Below are positions 25,141-39,019 of a stretch of 64,000 bases of DNA, in pieces. Position 1 is the stretch's first letter, and the number at the start of each line of letters is the position of its first letter. The position numbers were made by a program, and so were the translations under genes. Origin of the DNA: Chiloscyllium plagiosum (lineage: Eukaryota); NCBI RefSeq assembly GCF_004010195.1, contig NC_057718.1, positions 25,552,670-25,616,669 on the forward strand, in the 5' to 3' direction. The notes beneath the pieces were generated by a model, which ran no database searches, was not told the origin of the DNA, and worked only from the letters and a program-made list of their open reading frames with translations.

Positions 25141-25692
25141 CAGAAGTCTCTGGTTAGACCCCATTTCTGTGTCCAGTTTTGGGCTCCACACCTCAGGGAG
25201 GACATACTGGCACTGGAGCTTGTCCAGCAGCGATTCACACGGATGATCCCTGGAATGGTAGGCCTAACATACAATGAACAGCTGAGGATCCTGGAATTGT
25301 ATTCATTAGAGTTTAGAAGGTTGAGGGGAGATCTAATTGAAACTTACAAGATAATGCATGGCTTAGAAAGGGTGGATGCTGGGAATTTGTTTCCATCAGA
25401 CATGGTTACTAGGACCCATGGGCACAGCCTTAGAAATAGAGGGGGTCAATTTAAAATGGAAATGGGGAGACATTTCTTCAGCCAGAGAGTGGTGGGCCTG
25501 TGGAATTCATTGCCACGGAGCGCAGTGGAGGCCAGGATGTTAAATGTCTACAAAGTTAAATTTTTAATCTTGCAAGGAATTAAGGGATACGGGGAGAGTT
25601 GGGGTAAGTGGCGTTGAAATGCCCATCAGCCATGACTCGATGGGCCGAATGGCCTTACTTCCTCTCCTATGTTTTAATGTCTTACGGTCTAA
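25141..25692 (+). mobile_element. CR1 LINE 3' end (ORF2 C-terminus plus tail)
   Basis: KSLVRPH..CVQFWAPHLREDILALELVQQRFTRMIPG...RRLRGDLIETYK...FFSQRVVGLWNSLP, then a 3' tail. Confidence 0.92.
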
Positions 25693-25769
25693 TCGCTCAT
25701 TTCAGACCTCAGCTACGTAGGCTGCAAGTTCTGGAACTCCCTTCCATAATCTCACTTAGTTGACTTAGG

Positions 25770-26930
25770 ATTTAAGAAAATAAATCAGCCATTTGGCCCA
25801 TCGAGTCTGCTCTGCCATTCAATAAGAATCATAGTTGATCTGATAATCCTCAACTACACATAACTCCTGATTCCTTTACTGATTAAAAACGTATCACAAC
25901 CTTAAATATACTTAACAACAGCTCAGTAGCACTCTGTGGTACAGATGCACTATCCTCTGGGAAAATAAATTCCTTTTCATCATTGCTTCCTTACTCCAAG
26001 ATTATGCCCTCTACAACAGTAAACAATCTCTCAGCATCTACCCATCAAGCCCCTAAGAATTTTATATGTCTAAATAATATTGTCTCTCATTCTTCTAAAC
26101 ACCAATGAGTTCAGGCCCAATCTATTAACCTCCCCTGATAGGAAAATCCCTCAAAATCAACCTAGTGAACCTTCATAGGACTTCCCCCAGTGCCAGTACA
26201 TTTTTTCTTCGATAAAAGGACCAAACTGTTCACAGTTTTCTCAGTGTGGTTTAACTAGTGCCTTGTGCGGTTTTAGCAATATTTCCCTTTTTTTATATTA
26301 CATTCTCTTTGAAATAAAGACCAACTTTCCATTTGCTGTTCTGTTTATGTGCGGAACCTGTGTACTACTGTTTATGATTTATGCATGAGAGCCCCAGATC
26401 CTTTTGTAGTATAGCTTTCTGCAGCATTTCTCCATTTAAATTATATTCAGCTCCTTTATTATTCCTCTCAAAGTGTATAACTTCACATTTTCCAATATCC
26501 TATTCCATCTTCTAAGTTTTTGTTCACTCACTTATCTTGTCTATATCCCTCTGTGACTCTTTGTGTCATCCTTTAACACTTGCCTTCCCACCTATTTTTG
26601 TGTCATCTGCAAACTTGGTGATAATACATTCACTGCCTTAACCAAATGTGTTATTGCACTCACACAATATGGTAAGAACACAAAAAAAAGTGTAGAAGAC
26701 TCGTGGCCCCTTGAGCCTACTCTTCCATTTAATAAGATCTTTTCACATCCTCAGCTTCACTTCCCGGCCCAGTTTCCATATTTCTTGATTCTTTTTGAGT
26801 CAAAAAATCTACTGAATCTAGACTCAAATACAGTCAATGACCAAGCATCCATAGCTGACTGGGTTGTAAATTCAAAAGATCCACAGTCCTATGAGTGAAA
26901 ACATTTTCCTTCATCTCATGTAAATGTGTT
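25770..26930 (-). mobile_element. Two old CR1 LINE 3' fragments
   Basis: 3' UTR-type cagccatttggcccatcgagtctgctctgccattc. gtgtcatctgcaaacttgg reads KFADDT on the minus strand (~26600). A second 3' end starts at ~26675. Confidence 0.75.
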
Positions 26931-29784
26931 TTGCCTGCATATTTCTTGACGAACATCATCCACCATTCAGTTACCAAGGTAACAAAACACTGACAAAAAT
27001 GAAAACAACACTCCCGCACTATGCTTTCTGTCTTACCATTTCTTTTGCCAACAACTCCCCAACAAAGCTAATGTATGCATGTTTGTCAAGCTATTGAATT
27101 TGTATGCCCAATAATGTCTAATAATCAATTTTTAAAATTCACTAAACAGAAATGCAATGAGCAACACCTGGATTCTTCATTACCTACATGTTGTTAGTAT
27201 GTTGACCAACACTTTGATAAGATACTTGACCAATCAAGGATGACAAAACTCAATTCTATACCAGGGGACTGATCTAATATCCTGATACCATAAAATAAAA
27301 TTTATTAAACTACAAATAGCTAAAGATAAATCATGTTGGTATTTATTTGCATTTGGATTTTATTTCCTATATTGCAACAATGACTACATTCTAAAAGCAC
27401 GTCACTGTCCATCAAGCTCTCTAGAACATGCTGAAGTTGTGAAAATGCTGTATGTGAAACACAAATCCAGTACCACTAATGCTTTTTCCCCAAAATATCA
27501 AACATCTTGCGCAGTTATTTGTAACAAAGGATGGGTGTCTTGAATACCAAGGTAAGGTTTGCTCCATGCCATTGAAAGAAAGTCTACACTTGCTGAAGTT
27601 CAGGTTCACCAAAGCCTTGAGAGGTTATGAGGGATGGGCAGTAAATGCTGGCCTATCCAGTGTTGGCCACGTCCTGTAAATAAACAAAGAAGATTCATGA
27701 TGGAGTATAATACTTCACACATGCACATTTTCCAAAGTTTATAAATAATTGGTGATGCAGGGAGCTCAGGTAATTGTTGCTTATTGCCAGATATTGTTAA
27801 AGCTTGGCAACAGTGCTATTGGTCAACTTGTTACTCAACTGGCCAGCAATTTACTGCAGATCAATACAGACACTGACAGAAAATGCTGCACTAAAACTTA
27901 CAAACTTCACGGAGACAGAGAATTGTTATTGATATTTTTTTCTCAGCGTATCCCTCTTGTCAGGTACTGCTTTCAATGCAGGAAATTGTGTCGTATTACT
28001 TTGCGAGAGTTGCTTCTCCCCACAGCTCAAGCCTTTTCTCAGAGACTTGATGTTGTCACCTTGTAGTTGAATCTCTGTATTCTTGCACACATGTCATTTA
28101 GTCAGAATTTTGCCCATATCTAGAACCTGGAAAAATAGAGCAAAATAAAAGTTGATAAAATGGGCATTTATAAAGAAAGTGCTAGAAGTGGTCCTTGGAA
28201 TCACTGGCAAGGTGCTTGCTGTCAACCAGTTAGAATTAGAATTAGAATTAGGTTTTATTGAGGGCTGAAGGGCCTGTTCTGTGCTGTATGGTTTATTATC
28301 ACGTGTACTCAAGTACAGGTGTACAAGAGTACAGTGAAAAGTGTAGAAAGTCGCCATCCTTGGCATCATCTAAGATAAAAAGATACTGGGAAATTTTCCT
28401 ATTTGCTGACAGCCCAGTTTTAATGAGAATTTGGTCAAGTAAAGAGAAGAGTTGAAGTTCATCATTGCCAAGTGGTCATGCATGGATGTGGTCAGTTTTC
28501 TCAGGTAAAATAAGCAAAATCAACAACCCTTAAAGGGTCTCCTCGACGTTATTACCAAAGGTATAGGCCAGTTTTTACACATACATCATGCACTGAACCT
28601 ACATTGTGCCCCATGTCAGGCACAATCCTGTTTTAGGCCAAGATTTTGTTAAATGATGAGTAAATAGCAGTAAAATACTACATTGACGAGACCAATGTCT
28701 TTTAGTAACAGTAAATTTGAGGAAGTTGCTACGTTGTACCTATTGTATTTAAGCTTAAGTGAAAGTACGTTAATCATGAGAGATTTTACTTGGGACATAC
28801 TCTAACTATGTCTGTTTTGTTCATAATTTATGAATGGCATCAAAAATTTATCATGTTACAACATTTATGTCTATAAATAACATGTTCAGTTAGATTACTA
28901 AGTGTTTACTCAGTAATGATGTATGTTGTCAATTTAAAACAAAAACTTGCATTCTTTCACAATTAGCTACTTTGTATATTTAGAAATTATGAGCTATGTT
29001 TTTCTGATATAATCTTGTGATTCTCTTTCTCCCTGTGACCTTTAAAGTGACTAGGAATTTAAGTTGTTTCAACAACTCCCGATAACAGTCTCAATGTGTG
29101 TTAAGCCAAAAATAATCTATTTGCCTCCACTTTCTCCTCAGAAGTGAGATGCTCTGAAAGAGTTTTGGCAAAGCTGAACAGAAATGTTTCACACTCAGCA
29201 CTGAAAACTGAGCATGTGATTGTGATGTGAACATTTAAGTACAGCACAGGCAGGTGGCTGTGCCATAATATCCTGCTTCTGAAATCTGTGAGTGAACATC
29301 TTGTTCTATATTTTAGTTGGAATTTTCACCTTGGCTAAAAATAACTGCTTGCTATAACAGATAAAAAAACGTAAAAGCAGAAGCTGAGCTTTTAAAAACT
29401 TTTTTCTTGTCATACTCCAATATAGCTATTGCTGTTCTTCAAGGATATCATGAGCACCTGATAATTGAAACTGGCACAAGCATTGAAGGCCTGTATCGTA
29501 GCAACAGGTTTACACATAAGTTGAACAACTGATAAGAAGGTAGTACATTGCACACCTTCTGTTTTTTTTATCTCAGTTTATTTTGCCTCTTCAGTATTTG
29601 GGTTCATCAAGGTGGAGTGCTCTTCAGACCTCTATTGGTGTGACTGGGAACTTTCAACTCAGATGGAGTAGGGCTGGTTAGAGAACCAACTTCCCCTTCT
29701 TTCTGCCAGTAAACCCCACCTCAGAAGAGCACTGTCTCCTCTTTCTCTACTTCTCATTTGAGGGTGACTAAAACTGAGGACTTA

Positions 29785-30240
29785 GCAGCAAGAATAGGCC
29801 ATTCAGCCCTTCCAACCTGCTTTGTAGTTCAGTTATCACATGGCTGATTTGTTTGTGGCCCCAATTTCATTTTCCTGTTTGCTCCTCATAATATTTGACT
29901 CCCTTATCTATCAAAAAAATGTATTTAACTCAGCTGTGAATAAATTCAATGGGTAGCCCCTTGGCCGAGAATTCCACAGACTAATGATACTCTGAGAGGG
30001 GAAAAGGAAGCTCCTCATCTCCATCTTACAAGGGAGATATCAGTTCTCATACTCTGTGCCCCCCCCCCACCACCACCCCTCCACCACTGTAGCATTCTCC
30101 ACAGAAAGAAACACTTTCAGTCCGTCGTGGCCCATCAGGATGTTATATGTTTCATTCAGGTCACCTTTCATTCTTTTAAACTCGACTGGGTTTAATCAGT
30201 CGTAATACAATGAGTCCTTCATTCTAGGAATGAACTACAG
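29785..30240 (-). mobile_element. Old CR1 LINE 3' fragment
   Basis: aataggccattcagcccttccaacctgct...catggctgat...gaattccacagact...tcaggtcacctttcattcttttaaactc. Confidence 0.7.
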
Positions 30241-31814
30241 TAATGGAAAGTGTGTGAGTATAAGTTTTAACTGATGTTAAATACGTTGGCGATCATTGGA
30301 GAGTGAAGTGAAACGCAAAGGGTGTATATTGCAGGTTGGTGGGCAGTAAGACTAAAGGTGAGAGCAGGGAATAAGAAAGCAGATTCTTAATCTTACAATT
30401 TTGTTGAATTCATTGAAGTTCTTTCAGCATTGTTACCATGTCCTGGGAGTTCCTGTCATTGATTGGCAATCTCTTCCCATTAGTGGTAAAGGTGTTGATT
30501 GGAGGGTTTGATGACTTCTTCATCTGGACCAGATCCTCCCGCTTTTCATCAGAGAGTCAGCTTTTCTGGAGCTCATTACCACTTTTGTTCAATCCTGGCA
30601 GTTTTTCTGTTGCCTGTAGCCAGATTGCATCTTCCCATTTGTAATGGCTTTCTTTCAGGTGAATCATAGAATTGTTACAGCATAAAAGGGTCCGATGCTG
30701 GCTCTCTGTTAAAGAGCTAGGTTTGTTCTACTGCACTGCTCTTTCCCCATGAAGTGTCATCTTTTTTTTTCCCTCTGCATAATTATCCATTGCCCTTCTG
30801 AAATTTTTGATTGAATCTTTCCATATCACATGGCCAGGCAGTACAATCCACATCCTAAACCATTGCTGCATAAAGATTTTCTTCTTATATCACCTTTGAT
30901 TCTTTCACAATTAACCATAAATTGGTGTCCCCTGATTCTCAACAGCTCTGCTATGTTCTTTAGATCTTCATACAAGTTCAGGCCAGATGTTCAGGTTAAT
31001 AGGACCATACGTTGGGCTTTTTCAACTGAAAAAGAACTCGAGGGGCAGCCTTTCCCTCGTAAATGCTCCATAACAATGTCTGGGCCAGTCAGAGTTGACC
31101 TCTCTGTTCAATCTAAGTAAAAGCTTGGCAGGTAACTAATCCCTGATGCATTTTCCATGACAATGCCTCTGCCAATCCATTTGTCTACCAATGAACAGCC
31201 ACTTCGGATAGATTTTTGTTCACTTTAAGATTTTGAGCTTTTATGATTCTGTCTTGATGAAAGCAAGATGGAAATATAAACAGCATGTCTTTTTTTTAGC
31301 GATACTAAAAATCTCATGTTTATTGCATGAATGAGTAACAGATGGAGGATGGAGATTAATGTGGGGAAATGTGAGGCTATTTACTTTGGTAGTTGGAATA
31401 GAGAAATTGATATTTTCTTAAAAACCCTCAAATGTCTTTGTGACATAGTCATGGTATATTCGTGCAAGGAACTCAGTAGGTTATCATGCAGGTCCAGTGA
31501 GCACTACAGTTATGTTCTATTTTAAAACGTCTCCTTTAACTAAAGGTAAAATTGGAAATTTCAGAAGCACCCCAGATCAAACATAGATTTATGCATTCTG
31601 TTTGCCATGGAGTGAAACTCGAACTGAACCCTATTCAAATCAAGTGACAGTTTTGATTGCTATTTCCAATAACTTACAGCAAAGGGACAGCTGTTTTTGT
31701 GAGGAGAGTGCAATTACACATGAAGAAATCAGGATGCTTGCAAGAGTTTATTTTCCGTTCAAAAAGAAAGGGATGGAACACTCGAGATTGCCAGTGATTT
31801 AAGGAAGGATTGAT

Positions 31815-32175
31815 GGGTGGCTGTGAGGCAGCAGTGCTAACCACTGAGCCACCGTGCCAGAAACATAGATTCGATTCCAGTCTCGAGTGACTACTGTGTG
31901 GAGTTTGCACATTCTCCCTATGTCTGCGTGGGTTTCCTTCGGGTGCTCCAGTTTCCTCCCACAATCCAAAGCTGTGCAGTTAGGTGGATTGGCCGTGCTA
32001 AATTGCCCACAGTGTCCAGGGATGTGCAGGCTAGGTGGATTAACCATGGGAAACACAGGGATATGGGGAGAGGGTAGGATAGTGGGTCTGGGTGGGATGC
32101 CCTTTGTAGGGTTGGTGTGAACTTGATGGGCTGAATGACCTTCTTCCACACTGTAGGGATTCTATGAGTCTATGA
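31815..32175 (+). mobile_element. HE1-like SINE with internal micro-inversion of the A-box segment
   Basis: 31822-31855 matches the SINE head on the minus strand. The B-box, central domain and tail are on the plus strand. Confidence 0.9.
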
Positions 32176-32289
32176 AGGAAGGCAATGGGTGGCCTTTCTG
32201 GAGGAAGTTGACTCTGGAAACTAGGTGAAAATGACTTCCAAGGGACACTGGGAATTGTGCAGTAAGGACGAGCGAGCCTTGAGGAGAGA

Positions 32290-32545
32290 TAGAACATAGA
32301 ACATAGAACATAGAACATAGAAGAATACAGTGCAGTACAGGCCCTTCGGCCCTCGATGTTGCGCCGATCCAAGCCCACCTAACCTACACTAGCCCACTAT
32401 CCTCCATATGACTATCCAATGCCCACTTAAATGCCCATAAAGAGGGAGAGTCCACCACTGCAACTGGCAGGGCATTCCATGAACTCACAACTCGTTAATG
32501 TTGCAATCATACTAACCTCCACCACTTCCTCTGGCAGCTCATTAA
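32290..32545 (-). mobile_element. CR1 3' end with (AGAACAT)n tail, plus an adjoining fragment of another CR1 subfamily
   Basis: agaacatagaacatagaacat...acaggcccttcggccctcgatgttgcgccga...ggcagggcattcca. Confidence 0.85.
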
Positions 32546-32879
32546 AAGTGCTGTTGTTTTGACTATTATTTTTCTCCAAAGTTCCAGAACAATGCAACAG
32601 CATGTAAAACAGTAATTGTTATTCCTGGAATTTGAGGAAACCACCTCCAACACCTGAAATACCTCAAAAAAGGAGCAGCCTGTTACAGCCAGAAATCTTT
32701 CCCACCCTCCATCTTGGATTACCCAGAATGCATATTCCTGGAACCATTTTTTTCAATCACTTCTGAACTCTCTCCAATGCATTTGCATCTTTCCTGTAAG
32801 GTGATGCCCACAATTGTTCATAGCACTCCAGCCAAGATCTACCAAGCCTCATACAAGTTTAACATCCTCCCTTTTACTC

Positions 32880-33030
32880 TATGCCACCTTTCTGCCCAGT
32901 TCTGCAGCTTATCTATATCCTGCTGTAACCTGCCACATCCTTCCTCACTGTCTACAACTCCTCCGACTTTCATATCATCCGCAAACTTGCTCACCCAACC
33001 TTCTAACCCCTCCTCCAGGTCATTTATAGA
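32880..33030 (-). mobile_element. CR1 RT core fragment
   Basis: INDLEEGLEGWVSKFADDMKVGGVVDSEEGCGRLQQDIDKLQNWAERW. Confidence 0.92.
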
Positions 33031-34029
33031 TGGGACTGATTGGGTGTTGTCATCCTGCACCTCTGCCTGAATGTGGTACACAGCAAAGATAGTTTTAAGA
33101 TGCATCTCAATTGCATTAATTATTTCTAAAATGGGCTAATATTCTCTAGAGTTTAGAAGATCAAGTGGCGATCTCATTGAAACATGCAAGGTTTTGCAAG
33201 GATGTGTCAAAATCTACTGAGGCCTGAACGTTCATCAAAATGGGAAGGTTCAACTGACCATTTAAATCACTAGCTGCTTCCACTGAAGTGAGATTTTGCC
33301 ATCCCTGTAGTGTGGGACCCAGAGTGTGCACAGTGGACCTCCTCAGAGCACATCTGATTTATTTGATGATTTACTTGATGATTTATTTGAATAGCCACAT
33401 TCGGTTGGCAAGGGGGAGTGCGGGTCTTCAGTTATTATTTTTGATTTTTATCGATAAAGAAGATTGTGTCTAAATGGTGCAAAAACCTTTTCGATTTAGA
33501 CTGTCAATAAAGTGTCACATCTGTCAATAACTGCCAAAGTCTGTTTTTTAAATGAATGAGAGGATTTTTCTCAGTAGGGTGTAATGGTAATATTGAACAT
33601 TAAGTAATAGAATCTGAATTTTTACTCCTCTGTGCCTGGGTGCGGGTGGATACTAAGTCGGCTGGCACAGTGAGTGAAGGGGGAAAGGGTAGTGGGTGGG
33701 ACTTTGAGTTGACATAATTTGGCAAAGAGTAGGATGAGCAAGGAGGGTTGGTTCAGGGTCTGGATATTGAATGGGGAATGTTGTAGGATTGTGAAGGAAT
33801 GAGAGGAATCCATGGAGTGAATGTATGGGTTTTTATTTTAGTGTTTGGTTACAGTGCTGGAGCCATGAAAAAGGCTTTGTCCACAGCCTTTGTTAGAAAC
33901 TGCCAACCTTCTTGGCAATTCCCAGACAGAATGTAATCTAACTCTCCTCCCAGCCCCCAGACAAAGTAAGCAGCCTCACAGAGCCAGGAATTCACTCACC
34001 TTTGTTTACCTCACTCATGAATCAACATT

Positions 34030-34370
34030 GGAGCTCAAGATATTGTTTTCCTTGGCTGAGGAAGCCAGAACATGGGATGTAGTTTCAGCATAAAGGGTTG
34101 ACCATTTAGAATTTGGATGTGGAGAAACTTCTCACTAAAATTTATGAATTTTTGAAATACAGTTCTCAACAAGAGCTGTAGATGCTCTAGTGTTAGGTGT
34201 ATTTTAGGCTGAGATAAATATTTTAGGTTGCTCAGGAACTTAACAGGTACAAGGAGTAGGCAAGGAAGTGAACTTGAGGCAGAAGATCAGCCATAATCAT
34301 ATTGAATGGTGGAGCAGATGTGAAAGGCTTGTATGGTCCCCACCTACTCTGATTTCTTGCGCTCCTTTGT
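34030..34370 (+). mobile_element. Old CR1 3' end
   Basis: gatcagccataatcatattgaatggtggagcag 3' UTR, preceded by a decayed ORF2 C-terminus. Confidence 0.7.
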
Positions 34371-35659
34371 TCATATTAGTGAGGCAGTCTCTGACTTAAT
34401 AGACATTCTAAAATGATGTTAAGTAAGGATCGTGGTTATCAGGTCTTCAATACCCAGATGATCCTGGAGAATAAATGATCCATTATTTTTTCTTGGGCAT
34501 GCCCACAAACTTGATACACCTTTCTGAAGGCATCAATGCTGAAACAGAGTTGCCATTTGGGAAGTGGATCAGGACATCATAACAGAAAGGAGAGGCAAAT
34601 GAAACATATCAGGCTTGAGGATAGCACAGGGGGTAGGAATGCCTGAAAAAAGAGTAAAAGGAATGGAAACACAGAAGGATCTGATACAGCAACATAAAGA
34701 ATGGTCCAGAGATGACATGAAATATGCAAGGGAATAAAATAGTGAAATATGCAAGGAAACAAAATAGTGATAGATTGATGCCTTTTTTTTCCAGTGAGCT
34801 AACATTATCACTCAAATGCTGTGCTCTTTGAAATGCTAAAATCTTAAGAAATGGTATACTGCATTTTCTAGATTGCAAGGCAACTGGGACTATTTAAACT
34901 GAGATTTAATGAATTGAGGAAGAAAAGAAGTAGGCAGTTGTGCCTATCTATTATTTATGATTGAAGATAAGGTGTTGGGGCCAAAAAAAATCTATGGAGT
35001 CCTGCTGCCAAAGTGCATTGTAAATCATTAAATTGCAATGCATGCCAGAATATCTTTTGTGTATAACTGTGACTCAATCAATCTGTAAGGTACCTGTGTC
35101 CTTTCAGATTGTACTCAAGCCATAACGTTGCAACTTAAACATTGAATTTTTGACTCACTTGAAGGGAAGTCTGTAAGTAAATACATCTTCCATGTATTGG
35201 ACCTGTATCCAGTTTTTGGACTTCCTTGTGTTAACTTAAAATCACGGTTAATTAATATCAGACTAATTGTGAAATGCTCCTTCCAAACTCTGTTGGTATG
35301 AACATTCGTAACCAATCTTGACAGGCTTTCCTCGCAGCTACAACTATTTTAATTTTTTTTTTATGTTTCTACCCTCCTGAGGGCATTTAAAAAACAAACA
35401 GATTATATCCCTTTCTCTTTCTTCGTGCTGTCACTGTGAGGGATGTTTGTATTGTGAATGGAACACTTTTTATAAAATACTTTGTGTTAGCTTCAGTTAT
35501 GTGAAGCCAGACATAGCATAGATTTCATACAAAGTAAATCTCTTCCTTTTCCTTGCAATGCTTGTTAATGTGAAAGATTTTAACCTTGAAATGGTATACC
35601 ATCAATATTACATTGCTATTTCATAGAGCTTAAAATGACAAGGTGAAATTCTCCCACAT

Positions 35660-36290
35660 TGTGATACAGCCTCTCTACATCTACCTTGTCTAGCGCTTAA
35701 GAATCTCAGAGGTTTCAATGAAGTGTCCACTCATTTTTTGAAATGCTATGAGTACAGACCAAAGCCCTCAAAAGTGAATCTCTTTACAGTATATCCAGAT
35801 CAATTAATGAACCTTCACTGGAATATCTCCAAATCACACTGTATCTTTGCCTAGCTAGGGGGACCCAAACTGTTCACGGTAGTAAACAGAGGTAATCTAA
35901 TAAATGCTTTGTATGGTTTTAGCATGTCTTCTCTATTTTTCTACTTCATTCCCACTGAAATAAAGGACAACAGTCCATTTGCCTTCCCTATTTCCCTTTG
36001 AAGTTTGATGCTAGCTTTTTGTAATCCATGTATGGATCTTTCCAATTCCTTTGTGCTGCAACCTCCAACAGTCGCTCTCCATTGAAGTAATATTCAGCTT
36101 TCCTATTCTTCCTGCCAAAGTGTCTAACTTCACATTTTCTCACATCATATTTCATCTACCAATTTTTTTGCCCGTTCACGTGACCTGTATTTTATCACCT
36201 GTAGATCCGTTTGGCTGCCCAGCTATTTTTGTGTCATCCACAAACTTGACGACCATGCATTCAATTCCCTCATCCAGGCCATTAATATCT
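35660..36290 (-). mobile_element. Old CR1 RT fragment
   Basis: gtgtcatccacaaacttg (KFVDDT on minus) and acttcacattttc (KCEV). Colinear with 26030-26640. Confidence 0.7.
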
Positions 36291-37725
36291 TTAGGAGTAA
36301 GAGCTAAAGCTAAGGCACAGATACACAACACATGCAGGTGTTAAGGGAATGCACAAGGCTTGCACGACCATGCATTGTGATTGCTGTGAGATTTTGACTT
36401 TAGAGATTCTGATTCCATCTTGAACTCCGATCAACCATATGATTTCATCATGATACTCACATTGGATTAAATCCTGACACCATAGCAGAAGTCCTGTCAG
36501 CTGAGGCCACTGTCTAATTGATGCCCCACCCCCATACTGCCAGCCTAAACAGATTATTGCAGGTAGTCACTGCTGATGCTGGATGGCACCACTGTAGGGA
36601 AGGTAAATCTATTTGAACGAGTCAGGGCCAGCTATTCAGGCCTTGATGACTGGGACAGAGAGGCGATCGCATTGCACTGGCAGTGCCTTTGACATGGAGG
36701 CATCCATTGTCACCAGGAGTTTCCTTCATGGGCCTTAGAGCCATCATTGTGTTGGGATAACACAGGAATCCATTGCAAAGCCAGTGGGTTTTACATGGAT
36801 ATCTTCCTGTGCAACAACAAACCCAAACAATTTTGAGAAAATATCAGCTAGATTAGGAGGTGACCTTTCAATGTGTCCTTGAAAGTTTCAAATAGCTGCA
36901 GCTATGCCAGTGAGGTTCCTGTCATGGCAATGCCCCATAGTAGTGTGAAGAGTTTGAGTCCTCTGCCTAACGTCCTATACTCTGGAGCCAGGAAACTTGA
37001 AAACTCATCTCACACCCACAATGATGCATTGCACACTCTGCAAACCTATGCCGTAAAGCCATTAAATTATCCCAGTCTTTGTAAAAGCAATAATTAAGAT
37101 AAACTCAATATTACTGTGTGTGATGTGAATAACAATCGTGAAATTATACAGTAAGATTAATAGCATTAAAATACCTAACAGGTTGTTTTGAAATCTGGTA
37201 TTTTGTGGAGGCATGAACCTATTTAAGATAAATCTTTGCTGATATACTAGAGAAAAGAATTTCTGATAAATCTTGTTATGTATTCATCCCATAGTTTAAT
37301 TACGACCAATAACAATTAGGTTGATTCCATACAAAGCATCATCTGAGTGTATGTTTTCCAATCTGTGGATGACTAAAAAAAATTTTTGCTGTACTTATTA
37401 ATTAATAAGATGGTTGAATAAAAAAGATGTTTTTATTTCCTTGAATGAGTTTTGTGATGACTCAATTGCAGTTTTGGTAGATTAGTTCAAATGCTAGAGA
37501 ATATAGCCTCAAACAACCCCAGATATCTACTGAAATTAAAACGAATATTCAGTGGAAACTTTCCAGAACATGAGTAGTTTTCTTTGACCACTGCTTTGGC
37601 TGCATATTGAACTGGTCTTTCAGACCCTAGGAGGTGGAAGCATGCAGTTTTTTTAGTAAAAACTAGTTTGGGCTTAAACCAGCTGTTAGACTCTCACTAG
37701 GGCTTGTTCAGAGAAGAGAGATAAA

Positions 37726-38080
37726 GAACTTGCATTTTTATTCTACTGATGATGACCACTATGAATCTCAAAGTACCTCACAGCGAATGAAATACTTTTT
37801 CTTGTAGTTTAATTTAGGAAACACAGCAACCGATTTGCATTCAGAACACTCCCCTCAAACGGTATTATCATAATGACCATATAATTTGTTTTCTTGTGAA
37901 ATTGATTGAAGGAAGGATATTGGTTCGGACACCAGAAGTAGTTCCTCTGCTGTTTTTCACAGAATCTTTTACATCCACTTGAACAGAACAATGAGTCCTC
38001 CCTCAGTGCTATGCTGGAATGTCAATACTAAGTCTATGTCAGGTGGCTGTGAGCTATACCTCCAAAGGCCCCAAAGCATT
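37726..38080 (-). mobile_element. Ancient DeuSINE/SacSINE1-like SINE remnant
   Basis: aacttgcattttt tail...taggaaacacagcaaccgatttgca...tcttttacatccac...cctccctcagtgctatgctggaatgtca. Confidence 0.55.
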
Positions 38081-38808
38081 ATGGTTACAGACTAGGTCAA
38101 AGCACTTTCATCTTCAGCTTCAATTTATCACTCCATATTTGAGAAAGAAATGGAGACTGTCTTCAATTCAAATCCAAAACCATTGCATAATCATAAAAAA
38201 TCTCTTCAGGATTATTCAAATTTTGTAACTCCTTTCAACCCAGCAACTCGATTTCAGATCTTTCACCTGCTTCAATCTTTTAACTCAATTGGCTGGATGG
38301 CCGGTTTATGATGCAGAGTGATGCTAACAGTGTGGATTTAATTCCTGCACTGGCTAAGGTTAACATGTAGGTGTCAACAGTAGGATTATGCTGACTTTAC
38401 CCTTAGTCTTTAAAATTCCTTCCTGAACCTCCTTCATGACCGTGCCCTACTGTTGATAACCTTTTTGAGGTCTGGTTCTTTGCCCACACTTTGTTGAACC
38501 TCTTGATCTCACTCACATCCAGAATCCTTTTTCCACACAAATATTTGCAAACACTGTGAGATTTCCTTTGTCAGCAATACCATATAAATGCATATTGTAA
38601 ATGTGGACAGTAAAGGTCTTGGAAGCCATTGATACAGATTAGTGATAATGGTGTAAAGGCTGGAAAAATGATGACGAATACCTTTGTTTCAAAACAAACA
38701 ATCTGAAGGAATAAAAAACAAAATCTGCTGAAGTAACTGATGAGTCAGTTGAGAGAGAAGGGGATATTTCACACATTGATGGCCTTGGCAGACAATAGAA
38801 CATTGATT

Positions 38809-39019
38809 AAAGCTTAAAAATGTGTTGCTGGAAATGCGCATCAGGTCAAGCAGCATCAAAGGAACAGGAGAATCGACGTTTCGGGCATAAGCCCTTCTTC
38901 GGGCTTATGCCCAAAACGTCGATTCTCCTGTTCCTTTGATGCTGCCTGACCTGCTGTGCTTTTCCAGCAACACATTTTTAAGTTCTGATCTCCAGCATCT
39001 GCAGGCCTCACTTTCTCCT
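38809..39019. mobile_element. Penelope pseudo-LTR fold-back insertion with 15-bp TSD and hammerhead-like motif
   Basis: 82-bp inverted arms 38813-38894 and 38901-38982 (5 mismatches by my count), spacer ttcttc. Perfect TSD aatagaacattgatt at 38794-38808 and 39020-39034. Confidence 0.92.

Noticed and set aside
25018..25617. Longest ORF (199 aa) as a host gene
   Set aside because: It is a chance read-through from a Penelope terminal fragment into a CR1 ORF2 C-terminus. No promoter or splice evidence.
28229..28252. (TTAGAA)n as an interstitial telomere
   Set aside because: It is not TTAGGG and is only ~4 units. More likely a retroelement microsatellite tail.
33355..33390. 12-bp unit x3 (tgatttatttga)
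   Set aside because: A tiny slippage repeat with no evidence of function.
38813..38982. miRNA precursor or TIR DNA transposon (MITE)
   Set aside because: The arms are copies of a dispersed Penelope terminal repeat. The insert is asymmetric (extra 3' tail on one arm) and TSD lengths vary among copies (11, 12 and 15 bp).
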